A stretch of DNA of 64,000 bases from positions 28,882 through 92,881 of the forward strand of contig DAOQSN010000013.1 of assembly GCA_035356615.1 (NCBI GenBank), read 5' to 3'. Position numbers and translations under genes: made by a program. The DNA is from Phycisphaerae bacterium. Its GTDB lineage: Bacteria; Planctomycetota; Phycisphaerae; UBA1845. Shown one piece after another: positions 53,917 through 64,000 of this stretch. The number at the start of each line of letters is the position of its first letter. The stretch's first letter is position 1. The notes under the pieces are model-generated. The model saw nothing but the letters and a program-made list of their open reading frames with translations, had not been told where the DNA came from and made no database searches.

Positions 53917-55212
53917 TCACACCGTCAAAACGACCTCCTGCGGCCAGGGTTGTTGGCCGGAGGTGCCCCAGAGGGCACCTACATAGTCGATGGAGAACAG
54001 GTCCTCCACCCAGTGCAGCCAGTAGGTGCCGCGATCCGAACAAACGATCTCGTCTCCGTCATCCGTGAGGAAGCCGGCCAGCGCTAACAGCTTGAAGTAC
54101 TTGCCGAATACCTCGTCGAATGATCTTCCGAAGCGCTCGTAGAAGCGCGACTTGCGGAATCTGGTCTCGTAGAGGCGCCAGTAGAGCCAGCCGGCCATTT
54201 GCATGTCCGGGGACAGATCGAGCGACAAGGCGATCGGCAAACGCCCCTGCTCAAGCGCCTCGCAATAGGCCCGCACGTTGAACGTATTGACGTAGAATAC
54301 GTCTCTTAGATACGAGCTGCCGCTGGCGCCCAGGCCGAGGTACAGCGGGACCGTCACCGAGCAGTACCGCGGCACGCCGCTGCGCGTAAACGCCCACACC
54401 GAGCTTCTGCGGAATCCGGCGTCGTAGAAGATGTGCTCCAGCGTTCGCAACATCCTCCGCTTGCGCAGGGCACCGAAGCGTCGGTAGCCGTTCTGGCGGG
54501 CAAGCTGGGGCCAACGGGTATAGGGGAACTCGAAGAGCGGATACGTGGTTACCTGGTCTGCGCCCAAAGCAACCATGCGGTGGCCCAGTTCCTCGATCTC
54601 GGCGAGCGTCTGGCCCGGCAAGGCGAAGATGGCGTCCACGTTGACACAGTCGAAGCCCGCGTGCACCGCTCGATTGACGGCGGCCATAGCCTGGTCAACA
54701 GTGTACGGTCGGCAGAGAGTCCTCAGGTGCCGGTCCTGGAGGGCCTCCACGCCAATGCTCAGGTGCTTGACCCCCAGGGAGAGAAGCAAGCCGAGGTTGT
54801 CGTGGCTCAGGTCGTTGACGTGGCTCTCCAGGTGGACGTCGCATTGCATGGGGAAGGAGGCGTAGACGTGTTCCAGGATCCGGTCGAGCCCGGCATGGAG
54901 CAGCGTCGTCGGCGTACCTCCGCCGATGTAGAAGGAGGTGACGGGCTTGTGACCGACGAGATCGGCGTAGATGTCGATCTCGCGCAGGGCAGCCTGGGTA
55001 TAACGCTGCGCCAGATCGGCATCGAAGAGCTCTTTGTTGTAGGGGCAGTAGGGACAGATCTGGCGACAGAACGGGACGTGCAGGTAGAGGCCCAGTTCAG
55101 GGAGGGCGTCGAGCCTGCTCTCCAGCGCGGGGACTTCGCGGCGCAGAACCAGCCGGCGCGCCCCGGTCAGCCGTCTCCCTACTGCGCGTTTTATGGACCG
55201 CTGCAACCACAT
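53917..55212 (-). CDS. Radical SAM protein, HemN/HemW (oxygen-independent coproporphyrinogen oxidase-like) family
   Basis: LYLHVPFCRQICPYCPY carries the CxxxCxxC cluster motif. SFYIGGGTPT is present, as is a HemN_C-like C-terminal domain. The start is either 55212 (MWLQ) or 55278. Confidence 0.82.
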   Translation of the reverse strand: MWLQRSIKRAVGRRLTGARRLVLRREVPALESRLDALPELGLYLHVPFCRQICPYCPYNKELFDADLAQRYTQAALREIDIYADLVGHKPVTSFYIGGGTPTTLLHAGLDRILEHVYASFPMQCDVHLESHVNDLSHDNLGLLLSLGVKHLSIGVEALQDRHLRTLCRPYTVDQAMAAVNRAVHAGFDCVNVDAIFALPGQTLAEIEELGHRMVALGADQVTTYPLFEFPYTRWPQLARQNGYRRFGALRKRRMLRTLEHIFYDAGFRRSSVWAFTRSGVPRYCSVTVPLYLGLGASGSSYLRDVFYVNTFNVRAYCEALEQGRLPIALSLDLSPDMQMAGWLYWRLYETRFRKSRFYERFGRSFDEVFGKYFKLLALAGFLTDDGDEIVCSDRGTYWLHWVEDLFSIDYVGALWGTSGQQPWPQEVVLTV

Positions 55213-55800
55213 GATCGCCCCCGACCGGTGTGCCAGCGTGTCACGGCGCCCGCAGGGCGCCCGCTTCCCGGTGGGCATGTTATCGAGGCGTCTTCGGCGT
55301 CGTCAAGTGACTGCCTGCCACTGCACTTCAGTGACGCTGGATCCGACAGGGTTTCCGGTTCCGCGGGCCCGAGCTGCAATCCGGGCGGGGCTGGGCTGCC
55401 CTGACGGGGGCACGAGCCCGCACGGCCAGTCCGGCGTGCATCAGATCTCCTGCCGATACCGGGACGTGGCGTGTTGCACAACCAAAGGCAAGCAGCGGTT
55501 CCCATCCGATCTGCACACGACCTGCCTGGCGGTCCGATCTTCGAGCCCGCGCCGACGTCCCACCAGTCGCATTAGCGGACGCGCCCGCGGCAGCGGATGG
55601 GGTGGAAGAACTGCTCAACGCACATGGTTGTCGTCCCGATTCACCGTGTAGAACGGACTGCGGGGACGGGGCCCACTTGCCCTGGTGCCAATTCGTGGCG
55701 ATGCGGGGACAGGGACTACCCCGAGTGTCTTCCGGGCAGGTCTTGCGGGAGAGGATGCTGATACGCTGCGCTCGTTTCTCAGACCGACGGAGATCGCACG

Positions 55801-56070
55801 ATGGACGACGATGCGCTCGACCTTTGCGGGAAGATCTGCCCGTATCCCGTGGTGGCGATCGTCCGGGAAGTGGCGCGGCTGCGACCGGGCCAGAAGCTCC
55901 GGTGCATGGTGGACGATCCGCTCGCCCTGAAGTCGGTGCCCGAGGAACTGGAAGAGTTTCCCGATGTATCCCTCACGATCAGCAGCCGTGGCAGCGTGTG
56001 GGAAGTGATCGTGAAGAGACAGTTGAAAGGCAACCAGGACCATGAACATGAACGAGACCACGGGCCATAA
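55801..56070 (+). CDS. TusA/SirA-family sulfurtransferase
   Basis: LDLCGKICPYPVVAIVREV contains the CP.P active-site motif. The ORF is 89 aa. Confidence 0.8.
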   Translation: MDDDALDLCGKICPYPVVAIVREVARLRPGQKLRCMVDDPLALKSVPEELEEFPDVSLTISSRGSVWEVIVKRQLKGNQDHEHERDHGP

Positions 56071-56653
56071 CGCGCCGACTCCCGGCACCCGCGGTGTCAC
56101 GGAGCGGGCAGGGGGCGCCACTCGTCCCGATGTTGAGGAACGCCTCCGGCAGATTCCCACCGGGCAACCCGGGCGGGGAGAGACCGGCCGTCTGACCGAG
56201 CCCGCCTCTCCTGAGCCCCGCCGCACGACGCGGCGCAAGCTGAGCAACCCCCTGTTCCTCGTGGGCTGCTTCGCCGTCCTCAACGTCATCATGTACCTGA
56301 CCATCCAGAAGTTCTGGATCGGCGGCAGCAGCTTCCTGCCGTTGATCGGGATCCTGGGAGACAACCACGGCTTCCTCTTCGCTTTCCTGGTGAACGTCGG
56401 TGTCGTGGCGGGGGCCCTGGTGGGTGCACTCAGCAGTGGTGAGTTCCGCCTGCGGCTTCCCCGGAAAAGGGATTTGGCCAAAGCGATCGTGGGCGGGTTC
56501 CTGATCGGAATGGGTATCACGGTGGCGCCGGGCACGTGCACCACCGCCTTTGTCACCGGCATACCGATGCTCTCGGTGTCCTCGTTTCTGTCGGTGGCGG
56601 GCATCTTCATCGGCGCTCATCTGATATACGGCCACACCCTGGGGAGGCAATAG
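56042..56653 (+). CDS. YeeE/YedE-family sulfur-compound transport membrane protein (first half-size unit)
   Basis: The polytopic C-terminal 130 aa contain IVGGFLIGMGITVAPGTCTTAF. The first ~70 aa are disordered, so the true start may lie downstream. Confidence 0.6.
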   Translation: MNMNETTGHNAPTPGTRGVTERAGGATRPDVEERLRQIPTGQPGRGETGRLTEPASPEPRRTTRRKLSNPLFLVGCFAVLNVIMYLTIQKFWIGGSSFLPLIGILGDNHGFLFAFLVNVGVVAGALVGALSSGEFRLRLPRKRDLAKAIVGGFLIGMGITVAPGTCTTAFVTGIPMLSVSSFLSVAGIFIGAHLIYGHTLGRQ

Positions 56654-56655
56654 AC

Positions 56656-57200
56656 ATGTCATTTCCACTGCTGGCAACGCTGGGCGTGTTGTTCGGGATC
56701 GGCTTCGGCTACTTCGTGCAGCGGGCGGGGCTCTGCTTCGCCCACGGCCTGGGGGAGATCTACTTAGGCAGAGGCAAGCGTATTACCCGGATGTTCCTGG
56801 TGGTGTTTACGATCACCAGCGTGGGCTTCCTCCTGAGCGGGTATGTTTCTGACGCGCTGGGGCTGAAGGCCGTCGGCCAACTGCGCGGCTTTGGGTTCTA
56901 CAACGTGCTGTCCGGCATTCTGTTTGGGGCGGGGATTGCCCTGTGCGGCGGCTGCATTCTGGGTACCCTGCGCCAGCTCGGCGAGGGGAACCTCATGTAC
57001 CTGGTCGTGCTGGTTGCCTTGATTCCGGGAATGGCCCTGGTCGTGTACGGCCTCGATCCGCTCCTGGAGAAGGGTTACCACGTGGAGAAGCTCCTGCTTC
57101 CCGGACTGTTGGGCGTCGCGGCGCCGTACGTGACGGCCACGCTGGCAGCCGGTGCCGTGATCTGGTTCCTGGCCATCCGCAAGCGGACTCCTCGGACACG

Positions 57201-57204
<4 letters not shown>
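56656..57204 (+). CDS. YeeE/YedE-family sulfur-compound transport membrane protein (second unit)
   Basis: The ATG at 56656 follows directly after the upstream [19 protein letters not shown] and [13 protein letters not shown] are the conserved Cys-containing helices. Confidence 0.75.
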
Positions 57205-59807
<2,603 letters not shown>

Positions 59808-59830
59808 GCCCTCCGAGCCCGAGCGCGCAC

Positions 59831-59859
59831 GTGGCACGGGCGTCGCGCCCGTGGCAGCC
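59831..59859. repeat. R5-related palindromic repeat
   Basis: gtggcacgggcgtcgcgcccgtggcagcc is related to the units at 12063..12122. Confidence 0.6.
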
Positions 59860-59968
59860 CCATCGCAGCACGAGCGCTCCGCCCGCGGGCTCGCCGGCCA
59901 CGCCTGTGTTCAGCATGGGTGCCACGCCCTCACGGCCCGCGGGCGGGGGGTAGGCATGCGGCAGGCGA

Positions 59969-59998
59969 CCCCTCCCTCGCAGGGGCAGGGGTGAGGGT
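59969..59998. repeat. R2 hairpin repeat copy (degenerate)
   Basis: The sequence is cccctccctcgcaggggcaggggtgagggt. Confidence 0.65.
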
Positions 59999-60354
59999 GA
60001 CGGAGGCAAAGACGCCTGCGGCCAGCCTGTCTGCCTCCCCCGCGAAACACGCCGAACACCTGCCCGGCGAGACGCCGGTGCCCTGAATCCTCGCGGGCCG
60101 CGAAAGCTACTGGGCGTTTGCGGCAGACACTCCGCAGACGCCGGGAGCAGCGGGTTGCGTTCGCCTCGGAATGTCCCAACAATGCCTGCCGGAGTGGACG
60201 GCCGACGGGCGGGGCTGGTACCGGCGCCTTCATGGCCTCCTGCAAAACCGCCACCCGCGCCCGCAGCCGCCGTGTCGACCGAACCCCAACAGTCGAAGGC
60301 CGCGAGCGGAGAGCTGGCGGCTGAAAGCTGATAGCTTATCGCTGAGAGCTTCCC

Positions 60355-61734
60355 ATGCTGACTCTTACTGCCCCACCACACGTCTACCGTGAACGCCGAG
60401 CCCGGCTGGCCGCGGCGCTCTCACGCCCGCTGGTCATCCTGGCCGGCTACGCCCCGGCCCGGAATTACGCCACGAACCCGCATCCGTTCCGCGCGGGCAG
60501 TACGTACCTGTATTTCGGCGGCCCACCGGTCGAAGCGGCGGCGTGGGTGATCGAGCCGGGCAGTGACGGCGATCTGGGTTGCACGCTGCTGCGCCCGCCG
60601 GCGGGACCGGACGATGCGCTGTGGTTCGGCGAGCTGCCTCAGGACGCCGAGCTGGCGGCTGCGGCCGGGGTGCAGGCGGCCGCGCTCTCGGATATCGCCG
60701 GACTGGAACAACTACTGGGCGATCGGCTGGCCGCCGTCGTCTGTCCGCCGCATCCGACCTGCACGGCCCTGGTGCGGGAGCTGGACCTCGAACCGGCCGG
60801 CGAAGCGGAACTGCTGCCGATCATCGACTTGCGCCTCCTCAAGGATGAGCATGAGCTGGCGGCCCTGCGTCGGGCGGCCGGCGTCAGCGTGGAGGCCCAC
60901 CGGGCCATGCTGGCGGCAACGGCCGTCGGCCGCAACGAGGCGGACGTCGAAGCGGCGTTCCATGCCGTGGCCGTAGCGCACGGCTGTACGCCGTCGTTCA
61001 CGCCGATCGTGACGGTACGCGGCGAGGTCCTGCACGGCCACAACCGCTGCCTGACGCTACAAGACGGCGCCCTGCTGCTGGCCGATGCCGGCGTCGAGGA
61101 GCCCGGCGGCTATGCCGGCGACATCACGCGGACGTACCCCGTCAACGGGCGGTTCACGCCGCTGCAGCGTTCTCTCTATGAGGCGGTGCTCGGCGCCCAG
61201 CGCGCCGGCTGCGCGGCGTGTGTGCCGGGGAAGCGCTTCCGCGAAATCCACGAACTGGCCGCCCGCGTTCTGTGCGCGGGACTCGTGAACGCAGGGCTCC
61301 TGCGCGGCGACGCGGCGCAGCTTGCCGAGCGCGGCGCGCATACGCTCTTCTTCCCGCACGGCCTGGGACACCTGCTCGGTCTGGACGCGCACGACATGGA
61401 GGATTTCGGCGACCTGGCCGGTTATGCCCCGGGCCGCACGCGACCGACGCGCTTCGGTGACAAGTATCTGCGCCTGGACCGAGACCTGGAACCGGGAATG
61501 GTCGTCACTATTGAGCCGGGCTTCTACATGGTGCCGGCCATCTGGCGCCGACAGGACCTGGTCGATCCCTACGCCGACGCGCTGAATCGTTCCATGGTGG
61601 ACGGCCTGCTGCGCGACGGCTTCGGCGGCATCCGCATCGAGGATGACATCCACGTCACCCCCACGGGCCCGGAGAACCTCACGGCCGAGCTGCCTACCGA
61701 TGCCGAGACGCTGGCCGCCCTCGTCAGCCCCTGA
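60355..61734 (+). CDS. pepP: Xaa-Pro aminopeptidase (M24B family)
   Basis: The metal ligand and catalytic motifs are DAGVEEPGGYAGDITRT, HGLGHLLGLDAHD, VVTIEPG and GGIRIEDDIHV. A creatinase-like N-terminal domain is present. Confidence 0.88.
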   Translation: MLTLTAPPHVYRERRARLAAALSRPLVILAGYAPARNYATNPHPFRAGSTYLYFGGPPVEAAAWVIEPGSDGDLGCTLLRPPAGPDDALWFGELPQDAELAAAAGVQAAALSDIAGLEQLLGDRLAAVVCPPHPTCTALVRELDLEPAGEAELLPIIDLRLLKDEHELAALRRAAGVSVEAHRAMLAATAVGRNEADVEAAFHAVAVAHGCTPSFTPIVTVRGEVLHGHNRCLTLQDGALLLADAGVEEPGGYAGDITRTYPVNGRFTPLQRSLYEAVLGAQRAGCAACVPGKRFREIHELAARVLCAGLVNAGLLRGDAAQLAERGAHTLFFPHGLGHLLGLDAHDMEDFGDLAGYAPGRTRPTRFGDKYLRLDRDLEPGMVVTIEPGFYMVPAIWRRQDLVDPYADALNRSMVDGLLRDGFGGIRIEDDIHVTPTGPENLTAELPTDAETLAALVSP

Positions 61735-61886
61735 GCCCGACGGTGCCTCGGCTATGTACACTCAAACACCGCGGCCCGCACCGGCCCCGGCGCTCTCGCC
61801 GAAGCCGGTGCGGGCCCGGAACTGTTCCTTGTGTATAGCTTCGCCGCACCGGGGCGCCGGCGGAACAGCCCCCGGGGCGGGACCCT

Positions 61887-64000
61887 CTAATTCCCGCTCG
61901 TGGTGAAGTCCTTAATCGCCGCCCAGAACGTCAGGTCCGTGTCCGTGACCGTCACGGACTTCGAGGGGCCCGAGTGCAGCACCGCGCCCGGCGCGTAGAA
62001 GTCCAGCAGCAGCATGGCCGGCACCTGCTCGTACTCGTTGCCGTCCAGGTTCAACTGGCCCGGCGTTCCCGTCGGCTGCCCGTGGGCCACCGTAGCCACC
62101 GTCTGGAACGCCCAGGCGTTGTACTCCCAAGCGGTGCCCTTGTCATAGTTCATGATGAGGACGTCACCCTTCAGGTGGTTCCAGCGGATCTCCTCCATCG
62201 TCACCGGATCCACCGCCCAAGCGATGATGTAACCGCGCATCCGCCGACCGCCCGGGTTCTCCGGATCGGTGTCCGGGCACGGCGGCTCCAGGACCGGGAA
62301 CGGCGACACGCCCTTCGGCCAGCCCGTGGAGACTCCCCAGTACGCCGGCTCGTTGCCCGTCAGCGTGATCGCGTTGTCCACCCAGATGCACAGGTCACCG
62401 TTGACGAAGTACATCTGCACCATGACCGAACCGGGGTAGTCATTCGTGAGGTCCACGAAGGTCTCCTGCACCAGCCGACCGGCGGCGTTCCACTTCACTT
62501 CCACCTTCGGGAACACCAGGAAGCTGCCCTTGCTGGTGACCTGCCCGCGGGTCAGCACGGTCCGCTCGCCTCCGCCGAGCGCATTCGCCCTGCCCCCTGA
62601 GCGCGGCCGTGGCCATTCGCCGGGCACCGCTCCGCCCTCTCCTTCGGGCTCTTCATCGCCGCCCGGCCCCAGCACCCAAACGTCGCGCAGCACGTCCTGC
62701 ATCGGGTAGGCAGAAATCGCCCCCACGCCACCTCCCGACACTCCCGCCGGCGGCAGCGACGGCGGCGGAGGCTCCCCGCCGCCACCGAAAGCCCAGATAA
62801 CCTGCCCGGCCTCGCTGCCCAGCCCCACCATGTTCGTGCCGGCCGTCTCCACCTCACCGCCTTCGAACGTCAGCAGCTTCATCGCCACGCCCAGCAGCGG
62901 GGCATCCACGCTGGGGTGATCAGGGTCGTCGTCGCACACCTGGCTGGCCACGCCGTCGATTCGAGCCTGGCCCTTGGTCGTTTGCAGATACTGCCACAGG
63001 AAGTGGTTGGGCACGTCGTACTCCGTCACCCACTGCTGCTCCCACGACCACATGCAGTGCTCCGTCCCCGAGAACTTCACTTCGTTCTGGTTCCAGATGT
63101 CGAACTTGACCTTCACCCGCGGCGGACAGGGAGGCGGGGTGCAAGGTTCCGGTGCGATCGTCACCCGAGCGCTGCAGTCATGCTCCACCGGCAGTACGTC
63201 GTCGGGCGGGCAGATGTCCACTGCCACCTCCGGCATGCCCTGTACGGTCGCGGTGTTGTCGTAGCACCTGTCCTCGCTGCCCGGCGGCATCAGCGGGCAA
63301 CCTACTCCGTCGAGCTTCGCAAATGCATCCCAGGCAGCCTGATCCGCCACCTCAATCGTGCAGAACAACTCCACCTCGGGCGAACCTACAGCCAACGGCC
63401 CCAGGTCCGCCGAGCACCCGGTGATGGGGTCGAGGTCACAGGTCACGAACGTGACCCCCGGCGCACTGGCAGTCACGTCCTGCACGAAATCGAGATCGCA
63501 GAGAACCACGTTCGTCAGGACCGTCTCCCCCTCGTTCTTGGCCGTGAACCTGTACTTCAGCCGCACGGGGTACACGATGTCACCGGTCGTGATCACCAGG
63601 TCCTGCTGGAACGGATAGGCCGCCTCGCAGGCGTCGGCAAACGGTTCAAAGTCTGGGCATACCGTCTTGGTGCATGTTATCGCCGGCACCTTGACGTTGA
63701 TGGTGGCCGTGTCGCTGTCCTCGTCGCACGGACCCGCCGGACCGCAAATATCGGAGAACCCACCCACCGTCATCTCGTTCACGCACGGATCCGGCGTCTC
63801 GTCCACGATCACGCAGAAGATGATCGTCAGTGTCTCACCCGGCGCAATCCCATCTGCCTTGCACGGGGTAAGGTCCTTCAGCCCGTTGATATCCGAGAAC
63901 TGATCGCAGTTGCCTGCGGGGTTCGTGCAGATACAGTTCGTCACGTCCGTGCCGTCGATATCCGCCGTCACCGAACTCACCGCGTACCACGGCAAGCAGC
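61887..64000 (-). CDS. Large Cys-rich secreted/surface protein, 5' end outside the window (hypothetical)
   Basis: The ORF is open to the window edge. The N-terminal part has repeated Cys-containing Ig/DUF11-like segments (CTKTVCPDFEPFADACE..., FVTCDLDPITGCSADLG). The C-terminal ~300 aa is a distinct beta-rich domain (GSFLVFPKVEVKWN...LRGYIIAWAVD...AWEYNAWAF) that I cannot assign. Confidence 0.6.
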   Translation of the reverse strand, partial: CLPWYAVSSVTADIDGTDVTNCICTNPAGNCDQFSDINGLKDLTPCKADGIAPGETLTIIFCVIVDETPDPCVNEMTVGGFSDICGPAGPCDEDSDTATINVKVPAITCTKTVCPDFEPFADACEAAYPFQQDLVITTGDIVYPVRLKYRFTAKNEGETVLTNVVLCDLDFVQDVTASAPGVTFVTCDLDPITGCSADLGPLAVGSPEVELFCTIEVADQAAWDAFAKLDGVGCPLMPPGSEDRCYDNTATVQGMPEVAVDICPPDDVLPVEHDCSARVTIAPEPCTPPPCPPRVKVKFDIWNQNEVKFSGTEHCMWSWEQQWVTEYDVPNHFLWQYLQTTKGQARIDGVASQVCDDDPDHPSVDAPLLGVAMKLLTFEGGEVETAGTNMVGLGSEAGQVIWAFGGGGEPPPPSLPPAGVSGGGVGAISAYPMQDVLRDVWVLGPGGDEEPEGEGGAVPGEWPRPRSGGRANALGGGERTVLTRGQVTSKGSFLVFPKVEVKWNAAGRLVQETFVDLTNDYPGSVMVQMYFVNGDLCIWVDNAITLTGNEPAYWGVSTGWPKGVSPFPVLEPPCPDTDPENPGGRRMRGYIIAWAVDPVTMEEIRWNHLKGDVLIMNYDKGTAWEYNAWAFQTVATVAHGQPTGTPGQLNLDGNEYEQVPAMLLLDFYAPGAVLHSGPSKSVTVTDTDLTFWAAIKDFTTSGN

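Noticed and set aside
53917-55278. Radical SAM HemN-like gene as part of the deaminase defence operon.
   Set aside because: It is separated from the downstream small ORF by ~320 nt of non-coding DNA. It belongs to a widespread housekeeping family, and nothing in the sequence links it to the deaminase.

Overview
The window is 64 kb of high-GC chromosomal DNA. Gene content points to a Planctomycetota-like organism, which is an inference: multiple FGE-sulfatase-fold domains, DUF1080, DUF2934, dockerin-like motifs, PEP-CTERM-like anchors and dense families of short intergenic hairpin repeats. Most of the window is core housekeeping. This includes a DEAD-box helicase, sucD, purH, a uvrD/pcrA-like helicase, a manC-like gene, ruvX, tRNA-Gln, prs, rplY/ctc, pth, rpsF-ssb-rplI, dnaB, ftsK, pepP and a GH31 hydrolase. 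Small accessory or unusual loci sit between these. (1) At 25937..26494 a short Cys-rich secreted/anchored protein has a reading frame that is continuous only if three in-frame TGA codons are decoded; it is a selenoprotein or recoding candidate. (2) At 51280..53642 an AvcD/dCTP-deaminase-type anti-phage gene carries an extra N-terminal module. A small ORF overlaps its stop codon and a truncated HsdR_N-like ORF lies upstream. (3) At 8755..11928 there is a solitary MmeI-like single-chain restriction-modification enzyme. (4) At 41609..48856 a 2415-aa surface protein has four FGE-fold domains that lack the catalytic cysteines, plus a dockerin-like C-terminus. (5) At 3412..4983 a Cache sensor is fused to a CheD-like domain. 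(6) At 12157..14327 an iron-chelate-type ABC pair has an ATPase tail that reads through intergenic repeat elements and a permease that carries an EF-hand loop insertion. (7) At 55801..59807 a TusA/YeeE-YedE sulfur-transport set is translationally coupled to a PocR-domain hybrid histidine kinase. (8) At 33872..37176 a three-gene cluster looks like formamido-sugar synthesis. No CRISPR array, rRNA, transposase or integrase was seen. All functional calls rest on motif recognition by eye, and no database search was run.
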